Source of the DNA: Setoptus koraiensis
Taxonomy: Eukaryota > Animalia > Arthropoda
DNA: 64,000 nucleotides
NCBI GenBank assembly: GCA_048013815.1
Contig: CM106585.1
Coordinates: 7,502,001-7,566,000, forward strand
Direction of reading: 5' to 3'
Within the stretch, counting starts at the first letter, position 1. Every line of letters begins with the position of its first letter. Position numbers and translations under genes: made by a program. A model generated the notes under the pieces. That model did not search any database and had not been told where the DNA came from. It saw only the letters and a list, made by a program, of their open reading frames with translations. Below are positions 34,134-47,120 of this stretch, piece after piece.

Positions 34134-36587
34134 TTAGGTATTGGCCGACATTCCGGTATAGTTAGCGAAAAAACTTGGATACTCGGCTTGCATTTCAGCG
34201 AGAAACTTGTTCTTCAATTTTCTAATGCACTTCCTATAATTTGGTAATGATCTATGCCTAACAATGTCGTAGCTAGGTGCATGAGGCATATGAATTATGA
34301 AGGCATTTGGTAGAACGATGAAATAGTATTGCTTCGCAGCTAGTATCATCGTATGCGATACCTTATTCCAACCAAAGCCTACAAATCTCTCATCGTACAG
34401 AGGAATATCTTTTGGCGCCACAATATATGGCTCATATTCTGGCTTCCAATAGACTCTATAGGGCTTGGTTGAGACGCGCCAAATCTCATAATTGGTGGGA
34501 GCATGACCTCTAGGCCACAATTGATGCCTAAATGTGAAAAAATTTCCCATATTGAGTTGTGTCATCAATTCCGCTTTTGTTTCTGGTAGCTCCATTTTGT
34601 AACGTTGATTTTCGAATGCTGGTATCACAAATACTGACTTGTTAAATGTATCTTTACTCGGCGAGGGCCCTAAATCGATCACTTGAGATAAGTCGCCATT
34701 CTTCAACGTTGACAATGTGCTCCTTATATTGTCATATAGTTCATTGGCCGGCAAAAAGTCTATATCTGTTAAAAATACATAGGAAGTTGTTACGTGCTTC
34801 AACGCAATATTTCTCAATTTGTTGATGGGATAAATGAAACCATCCCGATAGACAATGTGATAGCCAATATTTTTCCTCTTGGACAGTATATCTGATTCTT
34901 GGGCAAACTGTAAGAATTGATATGATTCCATGTCAGATAGATAAAGAGCCAAACTTATGGGTCCAGGCCATAGTGAGCACAATTGTTCCAACATTTGCAG
35001 TCGATCCATTGATAGTTGCACCACTAGTGTAACGTCAAATTCATCTTTTGGGGAATATTCAAAGTCAAGATAGTATAAATGAGTTCTGTATGTGATGGCG
35101 CTAGACCGTTGAAATTCTTTACAAAAGTGATTGTTTTCCAGGGCCTCTATTGGAGAGAACGATTGCTCGTTTATACCGAGAGATTCATGTTGATCTAATT
35201 TAGAATATTTTCTCGTGTAATTGCAACCAATCAATTGTCTCTGCAACAATTTACCATCATATTCCAAGAAGGATAGGTGAAAGTTCTCAAAATAGTCCAT
35301 GTATTTATTGTTGCTTGAGGTAAATTTTACAGGTGAGTTCCAGTGGATTATTTTGACTAGATTTATGTCTGTGTTGCAGAGTTTATCAATCAGACTGTTT
35401 TCGCTCAATTGCACGTTCCATTGACAAGGTAACATATAGACTAGATGTGGATTGTTGCGTAGCACTGCATTAACAATATCCTGATCTGCCAATGTGGTAG
35501 CCAAAAGAGATGTTAATTCAGTCTCTGTTACAACTCTCCATAACTCCGACCATTTCAATTCACGAAGTTGCTCTAAATTGAAGAGAATCACCCCTGTGTT
35601 GAAACCACGACCCAAAGCTGGCCACGTGTTATCGTTCTTTCTTGACCTGCTCAAGTACCAATCACTCTGATTCTCAACTAAACCTATTGATTTCCCTCTG
35701 TTAGACTGATCCTTGGCTACATGTATACTTGCCATGTCACCTATCATACCGCTGTGTTCCATAGCATCAAAGTGTTTATAGAGCTCATAAATATCTGCTG
35801 CAACAACTAGATCTGTGTCTAGTACGATCAGTCTTTTTACCGATTCAGGTAATATTGTCGGCAGTAGTAATTTCATCAGTCCGTATAATCGCGAGTAATG
35901 ATAGTTGGGAATCCAGGATACCTCGTGCTCATAGTGAGTCATATTGTAATAGCTCACAGTGAGGCTTGGCACTTTCCATGTGGCAAACAAAACAGTAAGA
36001 ATTGAATGGGCAATCTGGTCAACAAGGATATGCAAATGAATTGGATTTTTCCTATAAAACAATATAGACTTTATAAGAGTAGTCATGCTTCTGGTGGAAT
36101 TGTAGCCACCACAAACAATCGCTATATCTATCGTAGAACATTCCGGCCGATGTTGTTGTCCGGTGAGAGAGGATGAGTTGGTAGCAGCCCACAATTCTCC
36201 AACGTCAGCACTGTGATGATCGGCTTGAATTTTACTCTGATAATCAATGAAATTGTGTTCTTCTTGTAAAAAGTCTAAATTTAACGTTGTTATATTCAAC
36301 TCCAACTCCTTGAGTTTTAAAGACAGTAATTTGTTCGATTGTAGAGTGGACAACAACTTGTATTTGAGTTCCTTGTTTTCATCAGCCAATATCTTCATGG
36401 TATCCTTATCAAGGCGAATAATGGCATCTTGGTTGTCGATTAGGGCTTCTTCTTTCAGGTCTACATATTTCTTGTCATTCAATTCTCGCAATGTGCTAAC
36501 TGTGTATAAATAGAAGCAATATATTATGAATATTGCCAGCACTAATAATGCATTACGAATTATTCTACAGCTCACATTGTTCATCAT
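34134..36587 (-). CDS. LARGE: LARGE xylosyl/glucuronyltransferase (GT8 + GT49 domains), intronless
   Basis: Type II TM anchor and coiled stem; IAIVCGGYNS, YSRLYGLMKLLLP, IVLDTD, GRGFNTGVILF, LADQDIVNA; second domain QLSMDRLQML, YPINKLRN, LTDIDFLP, GFGWNKVSH. Confidence 0.96.
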   Translation of the reverse strand: MMNNVSCRIIRNALLVLAIFIIYCFYLYTVSTLRELNDKKYVDLKEEALIDNQDAIIRLDKDTMKILADENKELKYKLLSTLQSNKLLSLKLKELELNITTLNLDFLQEEHNFIDYQSKIQADHHSADVGELWAATNSSSLTGQQHRPECSTIDIAIVCGGYNSTRSMTTLIKSILFYRKNPIHLHILVDQIAHSILTVLFATWKVPSLTVSYYNMTHYEHEVSWIPNYHYSRLYGLMKLLLPTILPESVKRLIVLDTDLVVAADIYELYKHFDAMEHSGMIGDMASIHVAKDQSNRGKSIGLVENQSDWYLSRSRKNDNTWPALGRGFNTGVILFNLEQLRELKWSELWRVVTETELTSLLATTLADQDIVNAVLRNNPHLVYMLPCQWNVQLSENSLIDKLCNTDINLVKIIHWNSPVKFTSSNNKYMDYFENFHLSFLEYDGKLLQRQLIGCNYTRKYSKLDQHESLGINEQSFSPIEALENNHFCKEFQRSSAITYRTHLYYLDFEYSPKDEFDVTLVVQLSMDRLQMLEQLCSLWPGPISLALYLSDMESYQFLQFAQESDILSKRKNIGYHIVYRDGFIYPINKLRNIALKHVTTSYVFLTDIDFLPANELYDNIRSTLSTLKNGDLSQVIDLGPSPSKDTFNKSVFVIPAFENQRYKMELPETKAELMTQLNMGNFFTFRHQLWPRGHAPTNYEIWRVSTKPYRVYWKPEYEPYIVAPKDIPLYDERFVGFGWNKVSHTMILAAKQYYFIVLPNAFIIHMPHAPSYDIVRHRSLPNYRKCIRKLKNKFLAEMQAEYPSFFANYTGMSANT

Positions 36588-36983
36588 GGAAATCTTGTTC
36601 TAGTTATCCTCTAAGACGTTAAGTATTTTGTGAATCTATCAAGCCCATATAAATCAACGGAAGTGAGAAGATTTCATTATAGCAGGAATCAAACTCGGAT
36701 GAAACTTGTCTTATTTTAATGATGTACAAGAAAATGATACTGTGGGGGGTCTATATCTTGTTAGAGCTAACAATGTATGTAAACATTCTGGTGCCACTGG
36801 GCCCCAGTTGGTGCATCCTAAATCTTGTGACCTCATTTATAGATGGCGCTCGACACGTCAGAGAAAAAACCGGACAACTTGGAATAGTAGTAATTGAAAC
36901 CAAACTTTTGCATTAGAATAAATACAGGAAACTCTAACGCATAAAGAAACATCAGCCCTGATACATTCGGTAATAACCCTAGT

Positions 36984-38614
36984 TTAGGACAAGTCTTTAA
37001 TGAATTTAGAAGCTTTTGTTCTAGACGAATAGATTATATCATTAATTGAGACGCCATCGTATGATTGACCTACGAGTGTGAGGGGTAGAGTTAATTCTTC
37101 AATATTTTTTCTAATAAAATCCGTACGAGATTCGTGGCCAACAATGTATTGAGCAATGCCTTCTTTCCATACTTTTACAGTGACCCTGGCCGGTTCACAA
37201 CTAATATTCAGTATTTTCTTAACCTCGTCCAATGCTATACCAATATATTTTTCGTTCGGTATAGAATCGATATCGTTTGTGCCCATGATTTGCTCGAACC
37301 AAGATCCTCCAATCATGGCAGTCATCCGGAACGAATCTCGTCCATTATCATGCATTGGTAAGGATGTTGAATCGAAAGTAATGCCCAATACCCTGCTCTT
37401 TGAGTCTGAGTGAGTCAAAAAACCAAATGCTTGTGCTTCTTTAGGTAAAGAGTTCCTCAAACCTTGATATTCAAGGCAGACGCAAGCTACAGGGGAAAAT
37501 GGTATTTGATTGAGAGTTTTTTTTATATCCAAAAGTGTACTTCCAGCATCTGTTCCAAGTATACCTGCGAGACGATTGGAAGGTAAAGCAGCGAAAATAT
37601 GATCCGCTTTGAATGTGATCGCCTCACCATCCAATGATCTCACATTCACATCCCACTCTTTGTTTTGTCCATAAGTTATCAGTTCCACAGGACTTTGATT
37701 GTATATTTGACAGGTTATGTCTTGATCATTACCACTCATGATACTGTCACATAGCCTCTCTGTGAGAGTCTGAAGTCCATTTTTGAAATTATATGTCGTC
37801 ACTTTTTCTTTCAGAGCACGCTTCACACTACTAGTCATAGCGATGTCCGAGCGTAAAGATTCATCCATAACTAAAGGCGTGCTTTTTAACATCCCTTTCA
37901 AAATTGATCCGTTGAGTTGTTCCCCATCAAAAATTGTTTGAAAAACGGATCTTAAACTTAACTTCCTAGAATCACCGGCTGTTATACCTCTCAGTAGCGG
38001 GTTAAATATTGCATTAGCAGCCTGTTCTCCCAATCGATACGCAAAAAACTCATGAATTGAAGGATCTTCATAAGGATATTTAGTGGCATCGATTTTTGGA
38101 GTTTTCATATCTCTTGAAATAATTTTATAAACTCTTTCTGTGGTGCCCGGCAGGAATTCGAGCAAGCCAAAAAGGCCAGAGGGAGTCTTCTGGAGTTTTT
38201 CTTCTATATAGATGTATCGATTCTTTGCTGCCTCATTTTGGGGAAGAACGAACTCCAGATCATCTTCCAATCCTAGTTCAGAAGCCTAATTTGAAACAGT
38301 TTTTAATTGAAGAGATTGTTAAGCAACGAGCAGACACGTAAAACAGACACTAATTATCATTTATTATTATTTCTTACCAGAGTTAGAGTATTCTTTGGTG
38401 CCGGTCCGTTCACGAATCGGATGCTTCTCGGTCCAAGCTCATGTATCACACCATCATTGTGTCTCTTCGTTTCGATACATCCACCAATTCGTTCGCTGGA
38501 CTCAAAGAGTGTTATCTTTTTGATAGGATTATTTGCCAATCGTGAAAATCTCTTTAAGTAGTGCATAAGAGACAATCCGGAGATTCCTCCACCCACAACG
38601 ACAATTCTTGCCAT
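36984..38614 (-). CDS. PPOX: Protoporphyrinogen oxidase, exons 38378..38614 and 36984..38285 (about 512 aa)
   Basis: FAD motif VVVGGGISGL, ELGPRSIR, LLRGITAGDSRKLS, GFGFL-like QAFGFL, LGITFDS, IAQYIVGH, YDGVSIND; in-frame 92-bp GT..AG intron. Confidence 0.93.
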
Positions 38615-38854
38615 GAATCGATATAGTGGCCGATATAGTGGCCGAATAGTGATTAAAAATATTTATTATATGTTGGCTTTACAGTAGGATGATTGACAAG
38701 TATACAATATATAAATAAACTCTCTACTTTTTATTGGACGCGAGCACATGTGTTTGAGTGTCTTTGCGTGCGTCAATGTTTACTAAATGAGACCTGCGTC
38801 GATTTGGTGCGTTTACATGAATGGAATATACATGGATGATATATGATGTATTGT

Positions 38855-40747
38855 TTAATTGAATAATGGTTTGAGTTTGGGTCTCGTCAAAGTACCCATG
38901 CGCTTAGATTTGTTACTACTCTTAGAACTTGAACTGATTGCGTTGTTGGTGATGCTGGCTGATCCCTCGCCAAGTAGACGAGATCCTAAGGATGGTGTCG
39001 TTTTTTGTACATACTCAGACCAGAAATCTTCTGGTATAACATTGAACAAAGCAGACATGACTTTTATTTGAGAGCTTGATTCCTCTGATATCACTTTTGT
39101 TCCAGGGTCTCGCACCGAGTTGCCTACTATTGTAGGAGCAATAGCTCTAGCTAAGGCTTTGGTCGACATTTTGTTTCTATCTTCGTGTCGAGCTATCGCA
39201 TGGAAATGTTGCATGAGAAAAGATAATGTATCCAGATTTGCTGGGGGTAAACTCTTTATGGTGATAGATAAAAACGCATTTTGATCGAATTCTTCCTCGC
39301 ACTCAACAGCGGCAACAAAGTCTCGCCATAGCACCTTGGTGAGCAGTTGGTCATCTAGACTCATGAGGAATCTCTTGACTACGCCGCATAGAACGTGGAC
39401 ATCTTCTTTGGATAAATTAGGCATTCCAGTCTTTGATTTCAATATCTTCTGTTGAAGTTTTTCAATTTCATTCATTGATCCGCCCACCCGATACAATCCT
39501 TCTGAGAAAATGTTTTCGCCCCTTTCGATCTCATTGCAACAATGAACAATTAGAGCAGGAACTTTAGGGATCGAATCTTTGTTAACATAATCAGATATGA
39601 GTACCATTTTAACTTTAGAACGGGTTTGTGGTGCAGTTATTCGGATGCATGGCAGAGGACAAGCTTCTTTACATTGGGTATGGCAGCTGGAGGCACAGTC
39701 CTCACATTTGAGAATGTTTTCTAGGAAAAATAGCTTCTGGTCACAAGCGCTACAGATCTCAGGCCTGAATAATTTTTTCTGCACAAATGAGTGAGGTCGC
39801 TGTATATTCATTGAAGCCGATGATGGGTTAATTGGTTTGGATGCGGATTTAAAGAAATTTGACTGAGATTTGGCGCTCGATGCATGTGCACTAGATCTAG
39901 TTCTCATGGCTGGCGTGCTTGTTGCAGATACCATTTTTTCTTTGCGTTCAGTCTCAAGATACCTAAGCTCTTGTTCAATATTTTCGAAGTCGCAGACATT
40001 ATCGAGGTTGTTGCTATCTGAATCTAGCATCTCGACATCTTCAACATCGAACGTATTCTGTCTAATATTGGTTGTCTTGCGTCGCGACGACCTAGGTTTA
40101 GAAAAAATATCGTCATCTGGACCGTGATCAACAGGCCTATAGAGTAAAGTTGGCTCATTGTTTTGATTGGGTTCATCAGAGTTAGTCTCTGTATCGAGCA
40201 TATTAGCCAAGTTGTTCATTCCTCCATGAATAGATTCCTCAGTTCGATCGTAGTCTAAACCAGAAGCCCCATCGCTAGAGTCGTCCGACAAAATGGGTGA
40301 TAGGCGCCTGACATCGAGACAACTAAAGACACGCTCTCTGTGATCGTTATTGCGAAATGTTTCAGTGTCTTCGAGCATGGTTCTAACAGTTCTAATTTGT
40401 TCATACAATGTTTTGCGTTCTCTGTCGACGTTCTTCTTCTCTTCTGATTCACGTACCAGCGCTGATCTAGTATCAACAAGTTGCCTGTTTAGTTTTTTCA
40501 CCTCCTTTTCTAAGCTCTCAATTTTCATTAGAAGAGCTTGTGTCTCTTTCGAATGGGCTGCCTTATTTCTATGCCATTGCTTTTCCAGCATTGTCAGCAT
40601 GTTGAGACACTCATCTTCCTCTCTATGTCCATCGGCAATATATTTGCATATTATTCTTTGCATGTCATCATATTGTGCTATAAATGATAATTGGCTGGTG
40701 ATTGGGTCAACCCGACCGGTTGGTGTGTCTTGGAGAGTATTCATCAT
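38855..40747 (-). CDS. RACGAP1: Rac GTPase-activating protein 1 (MgcRacGAP/CYK-4/tumbleweed), intronless
   Basis: N-terminal coiled coil, LSDDSSD..LDYDRTEE motif, C1 domain (HSF...C..C...C..C...CH..C...CPLPC), RhoGAP with arginine finger GLYRVGG. Confidence 0.92.
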   Translation of the reverse strand: MMNTLQDTPTGRVDPITSQLSFIAQYDDMQRIICKYIADGHREEDECLNMLTMLEKQWHRNKAAHSKETQALLMKIESLEKEVKKLNRQLVDTRSALVRESEEKKNVDRERKTLYEQIRTVRTMLEDTETFRNNDHRERVFSCLDVRRLSPILSDDSSDGASGLDYDRTEESIHGGMNNLANMLDTETNSDEPNQNNEPTLLYRPVDHGPDDDIFSKPRSSRRKTTNIRQNTFDVEDVEMLDSDSNNLDNVCDFENIEQELRYLETERKEKMVSATSTPAMRTRSSAHASSAKSQSNFFKSASKPINPSSASMNIQRPHSFVQKKLFRPEICSACDQKLFFLENILKCEDCASSCHTQCKEACPLPCIRITAPQTRSKVKMVLISDYVNKDSIPKVPALIVHCCNEIERGENIFSEGLYRVGGSMNEIEKLQQKILKSKTGMPNLSKEDVHVLCGVVKRFLMSLDDQLLTKVLWRDFVAAVECEEEFDQNAFLSITIKSLPPANLDTLSFLMQHFHAIARHEDRNKMSTKALARAIAPTIVGNSVRDPGTKVISEESSSQIKVMSALFNVIPEDFWSEYVQKTTPSLGSRLLGEGSASITNNAISSSSKSSNKSKRMGTLTRPKLKPLFN

Positions 40748-41930
40748 GCCAAGTTACATGGGTTATGTGTGAGATATTAAATTTGTGAGATGTGAAGCCG
40801 TAGTTGTTGTTTAGTTTGATGTTAATATTGGTCCCAATTTAGTCAATAATGTTGTCATGAATCCAGCATGCAAGCGCATTGAACGGATGAGAACGCTCGT
40901 GTGAGAAGACCGTTGGAGAAAAAAACCGTTTGTGTTTATGCGCGCAACCTCTTACATTGTTCGTCACTCTGCACTGCAGAGTCTGCAGTTAACTATTTCC
41001 CAGCACTAACTGCTGCCCGCGTACACTGCACGAGGTAAGCGAAAAAGCGCGCCCTGGCGGATCGTTTTCGCAACAACAGCATTGTTGTTGTAAAAGGCGC
41101 ACACGCATCAGGCTTGTTTACAAGAACCACTCACGCACAACATACAATATTCATGTCAAATGTATTTTGCCTCTACTATGTGCACTTTCCCGAATGCATC
41201 TATGTCGGTTATGGAAAAATCCAGCAGGGCCCTTCTCTCTCAACCAGCAGCCTCAGTGATTATCAGGGCGAAAAACTGAGAGACAAATTTACTCTAATGC
41301 ACAGCAGAGCACGCAATCAAAATAAAAGAACAGAGCAATTTCGACTCGAAACTTTCGAGTGATGCCAGCGCCTCTGACAGACCGTTTCATAAACTGGTTT
41401 AGAACGGCAATGGACAAAAACGAACACATCAGAAGAAATAGAGCAATCTTCTGATACCGACACACACACACACAGTCAGACCTGTTGTGCCGCACAACTT
41501 GCTATTGCTGCTAACACACACAAAGGCTGGAAAGGTGTGTTTTATGCGTGATTTGGTCAATCTTGTGCGCCCGATCTCTTTGAATTCGTTTGTGCTTGAA
41601 ATGGTGGTGACTGCGGTAAAAGCGGCTGGATGGTTAACACTTGTACGCATAGCGCGAGATTTTGAAAAATAAACTATTGATTCTGTAAATAGTAGAATGA
41701 TATTCACAGATGAAGGGGGAGATAAACGCGTACAAGTTCATGCATTTGGATAGATTATACCCCCTGCGCGAACTCGGCGATCGCCACAGCTGTTATGCCG
41801 TATGTGCGGAAGGCACACACAGAAAAAGCACTATGTGCATGTGCACAGAAAGTATGAAAGAAGTCTGATTACACCCAGTAGGTTAACCATAATACTAAAT
41901 TATTACACGTTGCCAATTCAGTCGGCACCA

Positions 41931-42003
41931 TTATCATTATTATTATTACTACTATTATTAATATTATTATTATTATTATTACCACTATTATTATTATTAT
42001 TAC
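41931..42003 (+). repeat. (TTA/CTA)n microsatellite just upstream of the SerRS start
   Basis: About 70 bp imperfect trinucleotide tract, directly visible. Confidence 0.9.
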
Positions 42004-42091
42004 TTTAGGAACACTATTACATACATTCTACTATATTTAATTCTATTATGATATAAATAGAGAAAGAGAGAGGCATACCCAAGATTCCAAG

Positions 42092-43737
42092 ATGGTCCTA
42101 GACATGGATATGTTTCGATCGGACAAGGGTCAGTAGATTTGTAATTTCCCCCGGCAGTCCTAAGCTAGTTTTATCCACTCTAACCTAATGTTTTTCTCCA
42201 ACTTCTCTTCGACCTCTATCACATATTAGGCGGTGACCCTGAACGTGTTCGAGCCAATGCTAGAAAGCGCTTTGATAAGGAGGAAAGTGTCGATAAAGTT
42301 ATGGAACTAGATGCTCTGTGGAGAAAATTAAGATACAATCTGGATCAGTTGAACAAGGCCAAAAATACTATTTCAAAGGAATACGGTAGTAGAATGAAAC
42401 AATTGAGATCTAAAGACGCAACTTCGACGGCACCAGTCGCCTCAAAGCCAGCCACCACTCCACCCTCAACACCAACTAGCAAAGATGATGCCTCACAGCA
42501 ACAGGCCTCCGCCGAGCTAGATCTGAGCTCCTTGTTAACTGCCATCAATTACATTGGTGCAAATGTAAACCTGGATGAATTGAAATCTCTACGAAGTCAA
42601 GTTGAGTCGCAGGTGATCGGCTTGAACAAGCAATTGGAAGATTGCGAAACTAAACGTAACGAATATTTAAGAGAAATCGGCAATCTTATTCATCCAGACG
42701 TGCCCATATCCAACGATGAAGAAGAAAATGTCATAGTTCGCGAATGGGGAACTAAGTTGGAGGCAAGTCACATTGGAGCAGAGAAACTTTACTCTCATGT
42801 AGATCTAATCGAGATGATCGGTGGCCTGGATGTTGAACGAGGTTCCCTGATTGCCGGATCGCGAGGCTTCTTTCTATTGGGAACTGGAATCTGGTTGCAA
42901 CAAGCAGTCATTCAATACGCCTTGAGATTTATTGATGATCTAGAATTCCAACCTATTTACACCCCATTCTGGATGCGCAAGCAGATAATGGGTCAAGTGG
43001 CTCAACTCAGCCAGTTCGACGAGGAGTTATACAAAATAGTCTCCAGCAAAGGAAATGAAGATAGTGAAGAAAAGTACCTTATAGCGACAAGTGAACAGCC
43101 TATTGCTGCACTTCATCTAAATGAATGGCTCAACCCATCTAAATTACCACTTCGATATGGTGGATTCTCAACTTGTTTCCGTCAGGAAGTAGGATCGCAT
43201 GGTAGGGATACAAGAGGAATATTTAGGGTTCACCAATTTGAAAAGATAGAACAGTTTGTTGTGTCTGCTCCATCAAAATCTTGGGAGCATTTTCACGAAA
43301 TGGTTGCAAATGCGGAAAAATTCTATCAATCATTAGAAATCCCCTACAGAATAGTGAATATTGTTTCAGGTGCTCTGAATAACGCTGCGGCAATGAAATT
43401 TGACCTAGAGGCCTGGTTTCCAGGTTCAGCCGCTCATAGGGAACTAGTTTCGGTATCTAACTGCACTGACTATCAATCAAGGCGTTTACAGATAAGATTT
43501 GGTCAAACTAAGAAAATGACAGGGCAAGTTGAGTATGTTCACATGTTGAATGGAACTCTATGCGCTGTAACCAGGTGTATCTGTGCAATTTTGGAAAACT
43601 ATCAAACCAAGGATGGAATCCGTATACCCAAAGTTCTTCAAGAATTTATGCCCAAGAAATATAGAGAGTTTATACCATTTGTAGCTAAGCCGGGTGAATC
43701 TACCCAGTCGACTGTACAATCTGGTGACAACCAATAA
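42092..43737 (+). CDS. SARS1: Cytoplasmic seryl-tRNA synthetase, exons 42092..42128 and 42230..43737 (about 514 aa)
   Basis: Splicing restores MVLDMDMFRSDKGGDPERVR; class II motifs ATSEQPI, FRQEVGSHGRDTRGIFRVHQFEK, ELVSVSNCTDYQSRRL, HMLNGT. Confidence 0.97.
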
Positions 43738-43879
43738 GTTTATCAATCCAAGGAATAAAGCTCGAATCTTAAACCTCTTGATGAGGAACTCAAGTTTTAT
43801 ATTAGATGCTTGTCAAAACTGAGGATGGAGCTCCTCGCACTGAGGTCTCACTCAACGCTACTCAATTGTAACAAATAAT

Positions 43880-44428
43880 CTAAATTACAGAGAAGAACTG
43901 TTTAAGAATCAACCATACTTGATCACGTAACGTTTGAGGTTTACAATGTTCCTCTAGCCAGCTAAAGATGCTTGCTGACAATTGATTGAAGTTTCCAAAT
44001 GACACATATTGATCGAATGACTTGAATAACGAGTCACATATGGCTTGGAAGATTTCAAATTTTGCTTGTTCACTCATTTGGTTGGTCTGTTGTCCTGGTT
44101 GCGACAGATGGTGTTGCTTAACCATTTGTTCATAATTTGCCTTCATAATTTGCAGAGCGTACACTTCCTTACGTAGTGTCTTTAATTCATGCTCTTGCTT
44201 CTGTTTTGACTTTTGCAAATATTGTATATATTCTATACTCCTTTGCAGAATGGTGGCCTTACTCAATTTGTAGCTAGATATTGAATCTTGTTGTTGGCAC
44301 GTGGGAACCATATACTGGAGGTCTTCGTATCCTTTCTTGATAGCATCGCGGCGCTTTTGTTCGGCTTGTGTGTGGGCCTCTCGCCTGCGCTCCTTATAGC
44401 CAAATGTTGGTGTGGTATCGTTAGACAT
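43880..44428 (-). CDS. MLX: Max-like protein X (Mlx/Bigmax) bHLH-ZIP factor
   Basis: KERRREAHTQAEQKRRDAIKKGYEDLQ, KLSKATILQRSIEYI, leucine zipper, C-terminal DCD (SWLEEHCKPQTLR). Confidence 0.93.
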   Translation of the reverse strand: MSNDTTPTFGYKERRREAHTQAEQKRRDAIKKGYEDLQYMVPTCQQQDSISSYKLSKATILQRSIEYIQYLQKSKQKQEHELKTLRKEVYALQIMKANYEQMVKQHHLSQPGQQTNQMSEQAKFEIFQAICDSLFKSFDQYVSFGNFNQLSASIFSWLEEHCKPQTLRDQVWLILKQFFSVI

Positions 44429-45587
44429 ATTTTACCAAATAAGAATCTCTCATTAAAAAAAATAATCCTATAATTAGCATGCGATACAATTATTATGTAA
44501 CTGTTTACTTTGGCCTAATAACTCCTTGTGATTATAAACCGAGCACCAGTGACATTCCAGTTAGTAGACGAACCGTAGAGTTCATCTAATAAAATTAACT
44601 AGTTTTTTCCTTCTTCTCCGTTAGTAGTGGATACGTGCGTTTGAAGGAGGATATTTCAAACATAAGTTAACAATTATGTATACATATACCACCATTTACA
44701 ATACAATAAAGACCATCTGTATGTTTAGATAGAACGAGCAAAAACACTACAAGCAGCACGGCTACAATCTCATTTATAGCTGATCAATGTTATTATCACC
44801 ATCATACCAACAAATATATAAATATATTTGTTATTTTGATAAGAATCGTCACCCTGCTTTCCACTGCGTATTAACGCCTATCCATGCTGGTCTGTGCGCC
44901 ATTAATTTACGCATATCGTGTTCACTAGTGGCACGATCAACGACTGCGAGAGATAGGTAAACCAAATTGTCAGTTACGTTCAGAGTGAAAACGCTAATTA
45001 GTGATAGTTGTTTATCGATGAGCGTGTTTATGACTAATTATAATAATGTATTGAGTAATCAAAAATGCACAAACGGTCACCAGTGCTGGCTTGTTTTTAT
45101 TTATCAAAAGGCATAATGCTGATGCACACTTGTCGTTTCCGGTGTCGTTGTTGTGAACTGTCGATGTATTGAAATTCGTTGTTTTAGCACATGGTTATTG
45201 TTGGAAAGTATGTTCGGTGTTTTGACTCTTATTTCGTGTTTTTATCGTGTTTTTTCGCAGTGAAACGTCACGTCATTTGTTGAATGTGCAGCCCACCCAT
45301 AAAACAAGTGTGGTCCATCATCTTGGCACACGCCATAAGCACCTGTGACACGGCTCGGAAAGCCACTCCTGGCGAACAAAAGTGAAAGCTCTTTTCCGTC
45401 ACACATATGCCCTTTGTCATGAAAATAAGCTCATTTTTATTATTTTATTTCGTTGATCTGTTATTATATCCCCACTATATCAACATCGAACGTCCAATCA
45501 CTAGTCTTCAGTTGTCGTAAAGTCAGAACAATATTCAGCTTTATTCAGCTTTAATTTCCAACCAAATAATTGAACAATCTACCAAAA

Positions 45588-47120
45588 ATGGAATCCAAAT
45601 TGGATCAATTGAGCGGCTTGCATATAGACTCTCAGCCGGCTTTAACCAGACTCACCGGCATAGTGTGCACCATCGGTCCGGCATCCAAGAGCCAGGACAC
45701 GCTGTTGAGTATGATTGACGCTGGAATGAATATTGCACGTCTGAACTTCAGCCACGGCTCTCACGAATATCATGCAAGCACTATAAGTGCCGTTCGTGAG
45801 GCTGTGGCCAAGTACAGCAAGGATCACAATATACCATTGCGTCCCGTCGGAATAGCGTTGGATACCAAAGGACCAGAGATAAGAACGGGCCTGCTCAGCG
45901 CTGGGGCCTCTGGTGAGGTAGAATTGATAAAGGGAAATCTGATAAGAGTCACCACAGACGAACAATACAAAGAAAACTCATCGGCAGAAAACCTGTACGT
46001 TGATTACGCAAACATAAGCCAAGTAGTTGTGCCTGGCAACAAGGTCTACGTTGACGATGGCCTCATATCTTTGATAGTGAAAGATGTGCAACCGAAACAT
46101 ATCACATGCCAGATAGAGAACGGTGGTTTGCTTGGTTCCAGGAAGGGAGTTAATTTGCCCGGAGTTGCTGTGGATCTTCCGGCTGTGTCGGAGAAAGATA
46201 AACAAGATTTACAATTTGGTGTGGAACAAGATGTCGATATGGTGTTTGCGTCATTCATTAGAAGCGCAGATGGCGTCAACGAAATTAGAAAGCTTTTAGG
46301 TGAGAAAGGAAAGAATATTTTGATCATATCAAAGATCGAAAATCACGAAGGTGTTAAAAGAATTGATGAAATCATAGAAGCATCTGATGGTATCATGGTG
46401 GCCAGAGGCGATCTGGGTATAGAGATTCCTGCTGAAAAAGTTTTCTTGGCTCAAAAGATGATGATCAGTAAGTGTAACATTGCTGGTAAACCGGTCATTT
46501 GTGCCACTCAGATGCTTGAGTCCATGGTTAGCAAACCGCGTCCAACAAGAGCTGAAAGTTCTGATGTTGCCAATGCAGTGCTAGACGGTGCTGATTGTGT
46601 CATGCTGTCTGGTGAAACGGCTAAGGGCGACTACCCAGTTGAGGCTGTGAAAATGATGCATGCCATTGCTCTAGAGGCGGAGGCTGCTATGTTCACTACC
46701 AGTTTCTTCACGGAACTAAGTTTTAAGACTCCCACACCTACAGACCCGTCCACAGCGGTTGCTATTGCTGCCGTGAGTGCCGCTTCCAAAATGCAAGCTA
46801 CAGCGATAATTGCTCTTACTACAACTGGAGAGACGGCTCACAAGCTTTCTAAATTCAAGCCTAGGTGTTCAATCATAGCTGTTTCGCGTCGGGCGAGGAC
46901 AACTCGCCAAGGTCACCTATGGCGAGGAGTACTGCCATTGCTCTATACCACTGAAAAATTGGCAGACTGGACTCAAGATGTGGATGCACGCGTTGGCAGT
47001 GCCATTCGGTTCGGTAAGAGTAGATCAATCATCAAAAAAGGAGACAACGTCGTTGTTGTGACTGGCTGGAGACACGGTCCTGGTTCTACAAACACTTTAA
47101 GAATTCAAACAGTCGAATAG
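45588..47120 (+). CDS. PK: Pyruvate kinase, intronless (ATG at 45588)
   Basis: [79 protein letters not shown]. Confidence 0.98.
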   Translation: MESKLDQLSGLHIDSQPALTRLTGIVCTIGPASKSQDTLLSMIDAGMNIARLNFSHGSHEYHASTISAVREAVAKYSKDHNIPLRPVGIALDTKGPEIRTGLLSAGASGEVELIKGNLIRVTTDEQYKENSSAENLYVDYANISQVVVPGNKVYVDDGLISLIVKDVQPKHITCQIENGGLLGSRKGVNLPGVAVDLPAVSEKDKQDLQFGVEQDVDMVFASFIRSADGVNEIRKLLGEKGKNILIISKIENHEGVKRIDEIIEASDGIMVARGDLGIEIPAEKVFLAQKMMISKCNIAGKPVICATQMLESMVSKPRPTRAESSDVANAVLDGADCVMLSGETAKGDYPVEAVKMMHAIALEAEAAMFTTSFFTELSFKTPTPTDPSTAVAIAAVSAASKMQATAIIALTTTGETAHKLSKFKPRCSIIAVSRRARTTRQGHLWRGVLPLLYTTEKLADWTQDVDARVGSAIRFGKSRSIIKKGDNVVVVTGWRHGPGSTNTLRIQTVE